Shown here one piece after another: positions 25,305 to 36,698 of a stretch of DNA of 61,985 bases. Position numbers and translations under genes: made by a program. The notes beneath the pieces are model-generated. The model saw only the letters and a program-made list of their open reading frames with translations. It was not told the origin of the DNA and made no database searches. Origin of the DNA: Vicugna vicugna (Eukaryota); contig MU057726.1 of NCBI GenBank assembly GCA_013265495.1, positions 1 to 61,985 of the forward strand, in the 5' to 3' direction. The first letter of the stretch is position 1; each line of letters opens with the position of its first letter.

Positions 25305-26048
25305 TTTAGTTTCCTATGTAACAAATTGCCAGTATTTACTGCCTTAAAACCATACAAATTTAATATCTTACACTTCTGGAGACCAGAAGTCCAGAATCAG
25401 TCTCACAAGGGGACAGGATGGCTGGTTCCTCCTGCGGCTTTAGGGAGACCCCATCACCCAGTCTATTTCAGCGTCTGGGAGCAGCCCGCTTTCCCTGGCT
25501 CATGTGTCTTTCCTAACATCCCTCAGTCTCTTGCTTCCATCATCACATCTGCTACTGACTCTCATCTTCCTGCCTCCCTTTTATGACTGAGATGGTTAAT
25601 TTTATGTGTCAACTTGACTGGGCCACAGGGTGCTCAGATATGTGGTTAAACATGATTTCTGGGTGTGTCTCTAGGGGTATTTCTGAATGAGATTAACATT
25701 TGACTCAGTAGACTTAATAAAGTGGATTTCCCTTCCCAAAATTGGTGGGCCTCATCCAATCAGTTGAAGGCCTGACTAGAATAAAAGTCTAAGAAAGAAT
25801 TTTCTCTCTCTGTCTCTCTTCAAGCTAGGACATCTTCTTCTGACTTTGGACTTAGACTTGGACTGGAACTTACAACATCAGCTTTCCAGGCTCTCAGGCC
25901 TTTGGATTAGGACTAGAACCACTCTTCTGGGCCTATACTTCTCTGCCTCTTTAATCACATGAGCCAATTCTTTATTTTATACACACACACACACATATAT
26001 ATATTTATCACATAAATATAAAATAACCATAAATATATACTCTTTATG

Positions 26049-26081
<33 letters not shown>

Positions 26082-26268
26082 ACATACACACATCTTGAAT
26101 ACAAGGACTATTATGAGTACATTGGGTCTACCCAGATAATCCAGTCTAATTTTCTCATCTCAAAATCTTTGATTTAATCACAACTGCAAAATCTCCTTTT
26201 CCATATAAGGTAACGTTGACAGAGATTAGGACCTGGATATCTTTGCAGGGCATTATTCATCCTAACAC
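25305..26268 (-). mobile_element. MLT1D-like LTR split by an MLT2 insertion
   Basis: ttctggagaccagaagtcc...cttcctgcctcccttttatgac | aggactattatgagtacattgggtctacccagataatccag...cctaacaca. Confidence 0.82.
25588..26103 (+). mobile_element. MLT2 LTR nested in MLT1D, with CA/TG microsatellites
   Basis: Starts tgagatggttaattttatgtgtcaacttgactgggccacaggg; 5-bp TSD-like atgac/aggac; 3' end partly deleted. Confidence 0.88.
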
Positions 26269-27368
26269 AAACACACACACAAATATAAAAACTAGCAATT
26301 AAGTTCAACTTTTAATTTGTCTCTGACTTTTGTGTGCTTAAGTATTACATTTATAATAGAAACCAAGTAGCTTTCAAATCTCCACAATTAATAAATTTTG
26401 TGGCGTTTTTAGCAGATTGCTTTAGCTTCTTCTAATTGCAATAAAATATTTATCTAAAATCTCTGTAACAAGGGTCTCAAAAGACTACATGAATATTATC
26501 TTAATTTTATTCTTGCAACATCCAAATGAGACAGAGCAGTTTTCAGGTATTTTATGATAACAAATACATTGCAAAGTACAAGCTTTTGAGATAAAGAAAG
26601 ATGACTTATTAAAATGTTCTAAGTATCTCCAGTTTACGGATAGCTTTTGATGCAGAAGAAAATGAATGGGTATCTGATGCTCAGCTCATGGTTTAATTGC
26701 AATTACCTAAATTAAGTAAGCAAATGTTATTGGCTCCTAACAAAAAAAAAGTTCTATGATACAAAACATATAATTTTCATATTTAGCATCTCATTAAGAC
26801 ATGTTACTCTGTCTTTTATTCCTTCAAGTCCCACTCAAATCACAGAAGATCATACCAGAAATGCATGTTACATGCAATTACAGGATTTAAATTTGTTATC
26901 AGCTATGATACATTTCAAAGCAAATTAACATCCGCTAGTTCACATAAAAATAGACTTCTCTCCAGTAAAACTTTGGCTGTTTCTCAACTTCTCAATATTT
27001 GTCCTGTTCCAATCTACTCTAAATTCCTGGCATCAAGTGACTTCCTCTCACTCCTCTCGGTGTTCTAGAACATTCCTGCCCATGCTTACAATGTTAGATA
27101 AACTCTGCTAATGAGGTCCTACCTTCAGAACTCAGGAAGGTCAAGCTTCTTTATTTGCTTCACTGAGTAAGCAGCCAAACCCACTACTTTCTCTTTAATC
27201 TTTTCATGGTTGTCTTCTAGCCAGCTCTTAATTGGCAATTGAGATGGTACTTTTTAATATTTCTATCCCTTATTCTTGTCTATCCACTTGAAATGCCACT
27301 ATCAAAATAGCCTTCCCGAAACAGCATCTCCATCTACTCCGTCAAGAGAGCCACAGTTTCTACCATGA

Positions 27369-27390
27369 TGTGTGTGTGTGTGTGTGTGTG
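27369..27390 (+). repeat. (TG)n microsatellite
   Basis: tgtgtgtgtgtgtgtgtgtgtg. Confidence 0.9.
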
Positions 27391-27489
27391 AGAATTATCT
27401 TTCTGTTTTGGCAGGTTTGTGGCTGTGTATATGCATGTGTTTCCTGAGGCTCTGCTGTTTGGTTTAGAGATTAGGGAATTCTCATTGTG

Positions 27490-28140
27490 AAAACGACCAG
27501 CTTTTTCTAGTTGGTATATCCCGGGATGGTCCCTCGTCACGTGTTTTGGTTGGAGAGCCGTCACTGCCTAGGCTGCAGTTCCGGGCTTCGTCTTGTTTCT
27601 TCCTCTGGCCCCCACGCCTTCGCTGTCCGTGCCAGAGCTCCGTGGGTGGCCTGCTGTCATCACCCTCTGCACCTGTCCCAATTAGCAGGCCTGAGACGCC
27701 GCCAGCGCAGCCTCCGTGCTGGCGACTGGCTGCGTTGTGTGACCTCATTGCTGGCAAGGCTGCGGCCGGATGGTATGTGGTGTCTAGACACCATTTGTTG
27801 GAACTGCTGGGTGGGAGAAAGCTCTGGGGCTGGAAGTTTCTCACAGCTGCGTTCAAAGGTTACTCACCAGAGGCTTGGCGGCTAGGACTGGCCATCCACT
27901 CTGCGCCCTCGGTGCTCTTCCGGGGGGCCGGACACTTGGCCAGCATTCACCAATGTTTGCTGAGTTGATAGCAGTTTGGAGCCAAATGGATTTTCTGCTG
28001 TTACCACAAAATCTAGGATGGCGTTGAAATGAAGGGCACGGAGGCTGACGGCTGACGGAGGGGGCTTCAAATCCCGACTCCACCACTTCTCGGCTGGGTG
28101 ACACTGGGCAAGTTTTACACCCGCCCCGTGCCTCAGCGTT
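27490..28140. promoter_or_regulatory. CpG island / probable promoter
   Basis: The clearest GC- and CpG-rich ~650 bp block in the window; GTCACGTG 27536-27543; CCAAT ~27678; candidate first-exon donor ATG|gtatgt at 27772. Confidence 0.72.
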
Positions 28141-28268
28141 ATCACTTGTTCACCAAGGACAAAATTTGTCCCATCTCAGAGGACTGTGATTATTAGAAGA
28201 GTTTATCCTTGGAAAGCTCTTAACAAATCACTGAGCACAGGGTTAAGTCTCCAAAAATGTTATATTTT
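28040..28268 (+). mobile_element. MIR SINE
   Basis: ttcaaatcccgactccaccactt...ctgggtgacactgggcaagtt...gtgcctcag...aaagctcttaacaaatcactgagcacag. Confidence 0.75.
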
Positions 28269-28940
28269 CATCCTCATCATATTTCATCTGCAGTCTCCCA
28301 ACCCAAATGCCGACCATCGTATTTTTCTCAGTCTGATGTTCTATAAGCACATTATGTTACTCATCACTTTTAAAATGCCATTTATTATTCACTTGATAAT
28401 TATAATTTAATATAATTTAATCTTTTGCTAAGTAAATAAACTTAGCCAGAATATTTCTTTCTTTTCCTGTGCTGAAAGTGGTAAACTGGGCTGCAGGAAT
28501 GACCTTCCCCACGCAGGGAACTGGGCGCCGGCTTCCCCAGTCCTCCCAGTAAAGAAAACTGGAGAGAGGCTTGGAGGTTCAGTTCTTCCTTCTAAGTCGT
28601 GCATGAAACAGGAAAAGACAGCAAGATACATAAATACGAGCAAACTACATCCTCCTCTCCTTAAACCAGGGGAGGAGACCACTGTGACTCACTTCGTTCT
28701 CAGAAGCTATTTTATTAAGATAGAAAACAAAAAAGCAGATAGGGGAAACATAATTTTGAAGACAATAATATTAGCTAAAATTTGATATGGCCCAAAAAAT
28801 GTACTGCTGAAATTTTTGTAGCAAAAGGAGAAATAAGTTCCTGGGAATTAGATGAGAAGTGGGGGCTGGACTTTTCCTCAAAAGAAAAAAAAAAAAAAAC
28901 CCAAAATACTACAAGTTAGAATATCAGCTTCCTAATATAA

Positions 28941-28954
28941 CCACGAGGTGGCGC
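28941..28954 (+). promoter_or_regulatory. CTCF-binding motif
   Basis: CCACGAGGTGGCGC, one mismatch to core CCASYAGRKGGCRS; CpGs retained in an AT-rich context. Confidence 0.55.
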
Positions 28955-30639
28955 ATTTAACCCAGAATCAGCTAATACTAAATCTGTTAGTAATATTTTA
29001 TTTTTATGCAGGCATTTTTACTGTTTTGGGGAGGAATCTCAAGCTGAAATAAAAGAGGATATCATGTCTTAAAAACACGAATTTTAAGCAAAATTCTGTA
29101 AGCTATGCTAGAGTGTACTTCCCTAAAACATGAGCTGCATTTTAAACAAGTCTTAATGGTCAAACTGCAAGTAATTCTAGACTATTTAATGAACCAGCTG
29201 GCAGACTTATTAAACCTAAATGTTGAAACAGATAGATTTGTAAAATGAAGGAACTGTAAACAAAATAACAAACCTGGCACTCAAGTTATAAGGAACCGAA
29301 TTCATGTGTCTCCTTATACCTAAATTTTCACAATTATAATAATCCAAACCAACCTTAATTATTCTATTTGTTTGAAGACTGCCTTTTAAAGGCAAGATGC
29401 TATATTTAACGCAAGTAGGAAAACGTCTTCCAAACCGAAGTTCTTTAAAAAGGACTAATTCCAGCTGAACTGATGCTGATTCTATGAAGACAAATGATAC
29501 TGTACCTTGAATGTGCTTAAAACACAGGTAGTAGCCGACCTAGTCTCTAGCCTGTGCAAGTAAATGATCAATTCAGGTGAAAGATGTCAGCTTCTTCCTT
29601 AAAACCCAGCACTAGGCTTTGATAATGTGGCCGGATTAAGTCACAAGAAGGGTCGCGAGTATCCCAACGTACCACATGCCTGTTCCCAGCAACACTGGGC
29701 AGGCTGGGGGGTGCAGAAGCCACGTTTTGTGAGCTGGAGCAAATCCCACTGCGTGCCTCCTGATGAAATCTAGCCAAATAGGCTATCAAAAGCATCCTCA
29801 GAAAAGGTAGCAGGCACCCTCAAAGGACTCTGGGGGAAGGTTCTCTTGGATGTATGGGATGGGGGAGTGGGCAGAGGGAGTAACATCACTGTCTGAGCTG
29901 GGAAGGGGTGGTGGGACTTCATGAAGTGACTAAGCACAGGGGTTGGGGCTTTCTTTTCTACTGCATCAACACACCATCCAGGCGTTGTTGCCTAAACCTG
30001 CTTCTGCAGGATGATGAATTCTCTTGGGACTATGAGCTCTGTCTAGGGCTGGACACTGTCCCCGACCCACATGGACATCCGTTCTGCTCTTTGGGCAAGG
30101 TGCAGGCCACTGACGGCAAGAAGTGCACACAGATGATGGAGAGCTCTGCAGCCCCTCCACACAGGGTGGGTTGTGCTCATTGGAGACTGGGACATCCCCA
30201 CGCTCTGCCATGGTGCCATCTAGTGCTGGCAAGTGTTACTGCAGTCTCTTGATGGTGACCACATGGGGACTGGTCCCAGGGCTTCCAACCTCTCTCATCT
30301 GCCCTACACCTTGAGTCTGAGACGGGAGAGTGACCCAGCTTCCTGGGGAGTCAAAGGGCCACAGGTACCTAACAGGAAAGTAAGATGAAGTTTGTGTTGG
30401 GGATTAAGCAGATGCATTGCTTGGTTTTTTCAAACTTTTAGCCCCCCAACAAGGCTTTGTAAAACATCCGACTCTAATACTAATTCCAGCAGCCAGCCCA
30501 TTATCATAATAACTTGAGGGTGGGGGGCAGGACACTTGGATCTTTAATTCACTGCATTTTTTTGGCTTTAAAATCAGATGTTTGCACCGCTTCCTCGGAA
30601 TTACCTGGTGAACCTCTCTAAAGGCCTAAACCCACATTG

Positions 30640-30971
30640 GTCAGACCCCAAGTTATTGGCTCCATGGGAATCATGGGTAGAATCCTGTCCTGCCTCTTCC
30701 TGGCTTCTGCTGCAGGCTGTCCTGGCTTACAGCTCCATCACTCCAGTCTCTGCCTCTGTCATCACACGGCGTTCTCTCTTCCCTGTGTGCCTGTCTTTGC
30801 AGCCATCTTCCCTCTTTTTCAGAAGACATCAATCATACTGGGTGAGGACCCATCCTGCATTAATTTGTTTATGTCTGCAAAGACCCTATTTCCAAATAAA
30901 GTCATATTCACAAGTACGCGGCTGGAACTTCAACACATCTTTTTTTAGGGGTTGCAATTCAAAACATAAGA
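30640..30971 (-). mobile_element. MLT1B/C LTR
   Basis: gaatcctgtcctgcctcttcctggcttctg...catcactccagtctctgcctctgtcatcacacggc...tctgcaaagaccctatttccaaataaagtcatattc. Confidence 0.85.
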
Positions 30972-32149
30972 CCACCCTAGCAATTTGGCTGAGGGGTGCA
31001 GAGTGCAAAAAATCACACATATATTTTTAAACAATGCTTTGTAGTATTTATATATTTTTGAAGCATTTTCACTCCAGTTGACTAATTTTGTTCTCTGTAG
31101 AGTTCTCCGAGACACACGAGTCAATATGGTTATCCCACACTTGCCAACAAAGCAGTCTGTAAGACATTTAGCAATTTTTCAAAGACTCTATATCAAGCTA
31201 GGAGCAAATTTGCTCTCTTTATCATATTCTTCTCTAAAACAAACAAACAAGAAAAACCAACCAAAAACTGCAGAACAGCTCTGCAAATCAAGTAACAGTG
31301 AGTAATGCTGCCAGACATTTCAAAAGTCATATCGTAACTTTGGGCTTATCAGAGTGATACCTGAGAGAATTCTGCTAAAAGAGAGAACAGATGTGTAGGA
31401 CTCACTTGAATTCTATCTTACTGTTTGACTTCAGTTTCAAATGATCCTTTTTTTTTTTTGGTGCTAAAATTCTGGAAATATTAAGGAGTTAGGAAATTTT
31501 ATATGGTTCCTAGAAGAACAAGGATGGTCCCATGTAATACTTATAGATGAAGAATTACTTTTGAAATATATTCAACTAAGTGTAAGAAATCAAGCTTTGC
31601 ACCAAAATTGAAACGAAACGTCTGGCACTGTCATCAAAACGAAGAATTAGATTTTTTGATCTGTCGTTTTAGTTACTCCTAAGTTGTTGCCAAGCATCAA
31701 CGTAGTTTACAAAGAAAGCATTAAATTAATTAATTCAAAATTAGAAGCGCCTCATATAGATGGCCTAATTATCCATGGAGATGAGACAGTCGTAATTTCT
31801 TTTAATTTAGTCATCACTAAGAGTCATTTAACTCTGACTCTAAATTCCACAAAATAAAATCAGAAAAAGCTCCAGTCGCCCAATACTGAATTATAACTGA
31901 AGCAATTAAAACAAATCATTAGTTTCCATCTGATTTATGAACAGTCAAAATCATTCGCATGGAAGTCAATGACTCAGAAAATAATAATAATAAAAAAAGC
32001 AAGAGGTAGCTATGCTGCTTTCTTTTTAGAAAACAGGCAAGCAATCGTTCAATGTCGAGAAGAAATCCATTTGTGTTTCCCCCACTGGCTGGACTGTTAC
32101 AACAGCGACGCCTGCTGTTGTAATGAACATTGATTTATCCAAGGTCTAG

Positions 32150-32770
32150 CTAGGAGGCAGTATGAGGTCGTGAGTGAAGAGTGGCCTCTAGATAGACTCT
32201 CAGCTCAACAGTTTGCCTACTATGAGCACGTCATTTTGTCTTTCTAATCCTTGCCTTTCTCAGCTGGGAATAGTAACAGCACCTAACTGAGGCAGAGAGA
32301 ACACCATGAGCTTCCCAAACACTCTCACTTCCGGTGGCCACACAAGTAGACGCTACTTCCCAGCAACCCATGAATCAAATGGATGTTGTTCCTAGTCCTG
32401 GCCAAGGGTACATGGGCAGAACAGGTTCTGGCTCCTGAAACGTCCCAGGAGCCCAGCCGCATGTTTGCTTCATTGGTTAGCCAGCTGCAGGCAAGTGACC
32501 CCGTGGAAGAGGTGGAGGCTTAGGGTAGAAATGGTTCCGTGAAGACTACTAGCTTGAAGAAACCTGGAATTGCTAGATTGCAGAATCATTGCTTGAAGGT
32601 AGGGAAATGGGCAAGAAAGAAAACTCTTTCATTTGTTAAGTCACTGAGATTTTGGGGTGCCTGGTGCAGCAATTCACATACCCCGAATAGCACAAAATCT
32701 CATAAATTTGTCATAAGAATTAAGAGTGCCTAGCACATACTAAATATTCAATAACTGATGGATATTATTA
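32150..32770 (+). mobile_element. MIR interrupted by an old MLT1 LTR (LTR ~32288-32692)
   Basis: MIR ...gggaatagtaacagcacctaac | tgaggcagag...ttgttaagtcactgagattttgggg...ca | tctcataaatttgtcataagaattaa...tagcacatactaaatattcaataa. Confidence 0.62.
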
Positions 32771-34765
32771 CTATTTAAAGGAAACATAAGTGCAAAATGT
32801 CCTGCTACATATTATGGCTTTGCTAGTAGTTAAAACATATTGTGGAAAATACAGAAATTGATTTTATATATATATATATATATCATCTATTCTATAATGC
32901 ATAAAATTACATTATTTAGTGTAGTGTAATACCGCCTCTTATCTCCTGGCACAGGACCTGATGATAGAGCAACAGTATTCATTAGAGGTTGAATGAATGA
33001 TGGTTTCAATGAATAAATTAATCCATGAGTACAGTATGATCGAGAAGACTTTTCCCGTTTAATTGCACTGGACAGAGTTACTATATTTCCTCTACAGATC
33101 AGGAATTTTTGAAGACTCAAGAATGACAAAGATGCTTAACACTAAGAAGGAAAAGGAAGACAAAAGAACACCTAGAGAGCTTCAGAAGCGGGTGCATGCT
33201 AGTTCTTACATTACACGGTGAATACATAAGTGCTTGTTACCTACCTAATTCACATATGCTTCCATATGTTCTGTTTACATGCAAATATAACAAAATTTTA
33301 ATAAAAGAAAAATAATATTCAACACAGATGATTTTGATTATACAGCAGGTATGAAAAGGATTTGTCATCAGTTATTAAATGAGCAAACACTGTGCCTAAG
33401 GGTAAAGATAAAAGACATACATATGATGTATATTCTGACTTTCAAAACTCACAAAAATAGCTTTTGGTTCTAATGGAAAGATTGACAATTGAGAATAATT
33501 AAGAAGAGGTATTTGTGGAAGGAAGAAAATTCTAGGCAAAGAATGAGATACTGACTACCTTGCAAGGGTGTCAGAACACTCAAACTCCAATCCCGGGCCC
33601 ACAGCTCAGCATGAGTTGGGGTCAGATAACTTCTCAGAGGCTCACTTCTCTGGATTGGATTAACTGGTTAATTTCATTATGTTTCGGGGTTAATATTTGT
33701 TCAATATCACTATTGTAAACATTAGTTTTCACTGCACTGGATGTGGGAGAAATAATCTGTTAGAAGAGCTCTGGCTGACAGCATGCTAGATAAATCATCT
33801 TGTAAGTGGGTATTTTTTCTTGATGTATAAATAGCTGCTTTCCACAGAAGCCAAGTTATGTCAAATAATAAACTGAAAAACAAATGGAAACCAGAATATT
33901 TTATTCATACTTAATTGACCGTACGCAGTTTGCATATATGCCAAACAAGCCAATACAGAGTAGGGCTTGTATTCTAATGAACCTCCATCACAATAGAGGC
34001 AATGTGGGGAAAAATAATTTGATCTGGCAAAAAAATTAAAGATGATTTGAAGGTGTATTTATGGCATACCTGTCAACCCCGTTCCTAGGCAACCAGGCAT
34101 TGTTCAAACAGAAAGAAAAGTTGATAATTATAAACTATAATATATTTGGTCCTTCCTGCTTAAGGAAGGAAATTTGCAAGAAATAAAACCATACGTGAAA
34201 TCCTAAAGGTGTCATTTCATGTGTCTAGTTTGAAATGGAATGTCTTGATGGAATCACAGCACCTTCATGTGATGTACAGGCCACTGATGGTTTCTTCATC
34301 TGAGTCAGACCTGCACACCCACCCCTCCCTTTGCTCTGCATCAGTGGTCCCTGGTCTGCAGTGCTTGCTATTAGCCACAGTTGGTGACTATTTTTAAGAA
34401 AGACTTTTGAGAAGAAGAATCATGGAACTGGGTGAGGAAAATAAGCTATCCTGGTGATGTACTGAAAAGAGCCTTTTTCTCAATCCAGAAAATTCTTTTC
34501 CATTGAAAGAAAGTTACCTCCAGATTTTGTCTGGTTTTGTTTTGCTTTCTAACGGTAGCGAATGTCACAGTTCAGAGAAGCACCTGGGCAAAAGCAGAAT
34601 ACACAGCTTAGGCAACCAGAAGACAGGTCAAACCCTGTCTCAGGTCTGTGGCAGAAACGCCAACCAATATGGGCAAGATCATGAGCTAGTCTCATGAACG
34701 TGTTCAATTTCAATTCCAAACTGATTTTTAATTGGGTTGAAAAATAAACTTAAACCATATTCACT

Positions 34766-35231
34766 TATTGATGAAAAATTAATCAGTCAGTCTAAGAAAG
34801 AAGTGGACAATTTTATTTGAGCCAAACTGAGGATTTTAACTTGGGAAGAGCCTCTTGAAAAGCTCTGAGAACTGTTCCACCTGTTAGAAGTCAAAGCACA
34901 CTCATATAAGTTTTTGAGACAGAAGACTGTACGTTAAAAGATGTATTATTGACAGTTCATATAATCCAGTGAGTAGTGAGGTCATGGGTCATCATGGCCC
35001 CTTATGAGATCAAGAGAGAATGTTATCTTCCAGGAGTTGTCTCATTGGTGCCGGGAGAAGGTTGCTCTTTAAGGCTGAGCAGGTATTTCTGCTGATGGGG
35101 CGGTCTGGTCAGTGCATCATCATGTGAGCACACAATGCACAGTAGAGGAGAGAGAGGAGGCCAAAGAGTAGACAAATTTTTTATGTTTAAATTTTTCTTG
35201 TCTTGCCATAAAATATGAATTTTATCTCACA
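34766..35231 (-). mobile_element. ERV1 solo LTR (cetartiodactyl type)
   Basis: Minus strand starts TGTGAGATAAAATTCATATTTTATGG; tttatttgagccaaactgagga and aaagctctgagaactgttcc resemble MER41/LTR39-like LTRs. Confidence 0.75.
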
Positions 35232-35239
35232 GCTAATAG

Positions 35240-36010
35240 CAGTGGAACATTCTGTCTGTATCACATACTCTTCGGGGCACTAAGGAAATAGTGGTGGGCA
35301 GACCCATCACATGTCCAAGTTCACGGCTCTGCAGAAGGAAGTGGGGAAGGACACTGAACCAATGAACTCATAAGTGACTAAATAAATACAAATTGTGGTA
35401 ACATCCAAGGAAGAAAAAAAAAATACAGCTTCGCAAAAACCCAGTAACCAGAGGATGTGCTCTGGCTTGTGTGATCAGAAATCTGTGAGGAAGGGATTTA
35501 CACTGAAGCTTTTTTATTGCACCTTTGTTCTTTCATATTCTAGCCCACATGTCCTATCAATAAAGGACTGGGTTAGTGGGTGAGAGGACCTTCATGCAAC
35601 TTATTTTTATCTATTAAGATGAAAGGATGTCTCTGGATCAACAAGCTGTCCAAACTTTACTCTTAAATAAACTGAAGGCTGAAGGATGAACCACCCTCAG
35701 TCAGGACTCATGAGAGGAACAACATTTCAAGCAGAGGGAACAGCATGGAACAAAGTTCTGCAGTGAAAAAGGCTTTGTCATTTCCAGTAAAAGAAAAAGA
35801 ATCATCCAGGCTGTGGAGTATTTGAGGGGTGCAGGGAGGGCAGTGGTACAGGCTAAGACTGAAAAGCAGTTCATCTTTTACTCTAAGGGTGGTGAAAAGC
35901 TAATAAAGGGTTTACACAGGCCAGTGATCTGATACAACTTAGAGTAAAAAGAATGGATTGGGGAATTAAGAAAGAGATACAGGTTGGAAATCTACGTGGC
36001 AATTGTCCAC
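35240..36010 (-). mobile_element. Fragmented L2
   Basis: ctgaaggatgaa, aagcagagggaacagcatggaacaaag, agtgatctgatac, agaatggattggg motifs. Confidence 0.5.
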
Positions 36011-36024
36011 AGGGAAAATAAATT

Positions 36025-36490
36025 GTATTATTTGGGTTCTAACCAGAAAAGCAGATTCTATCCAAAGTATTCTAGAATGAGAGGATTTAAAGCAAGGGAT
36101 CCATTATCCCTATAATGGAATTGATGAGAAGCAAAATGAAAGTTGGTGGCAAGACCCTCCACGGATTAACAACATCAAGAAGCCACTACCACCCCAAGGC
36201 AGGAGGGTCAGAGGGAGGCAGTGATGCTAGCAGACCAGAGGCTGCATCACCTGGTGGAGGTGGGAACCACAGTGGGCTGGTCCCGAAGGAGCTGAAGCCA
36301 GGGAGGAGATGAAGCGAATGCAGGGGATGCTGCCCCAGACGAGAGGCGGATGGGTCTCTCCCACTGTCACTCACACCACAGTGCTGCCCATTGACAAGGT
36401 CTAGCTGATCCTGGAGCCTGGAGAATTCAGTCTGCAGGAATCAGCCACCTCCAGTGGAGAGCAGAGCCGTGGAAGGACAAACAGATTAGG
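36025..36490 (-). mobile_element. Ancient LTR fragment (LTR78/79/33-like)
   Basis: tgtattatttgggttctaaccagaaaagcaga...gaggatttaa; cctggagaattcagtctgcaggaatcagcc. Confidence 0.45.
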
Positions 36491-36698
36491 AACCAGGATG
36501 TTGCTTTGAAGATGGAATCCAGAACAACTGTCCTAGATTGAGTGTAGACATAAGCAGAACTGTTTATCTAGAAAGACACTTGTGTTTCTGGCTAAACAAT
36601 TAGGTCGATTGTGACAACATTGCCATAAACATGACAAAAAGAAAGAGACACAAGTTATAAGGTCTAAGAGTCCAGTTTTTGATATGGTAATCTTAACT

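Noticed and set aside
27482..27968. Overlapping 124-140 aa ORFs on both strands
   Set aside because: Expected by-product of GC-rich island DNA; no recognisable domain
30578..31030. 150-aa ORF
   Set aside because: Mostly antisense MLT1 LTR sequence
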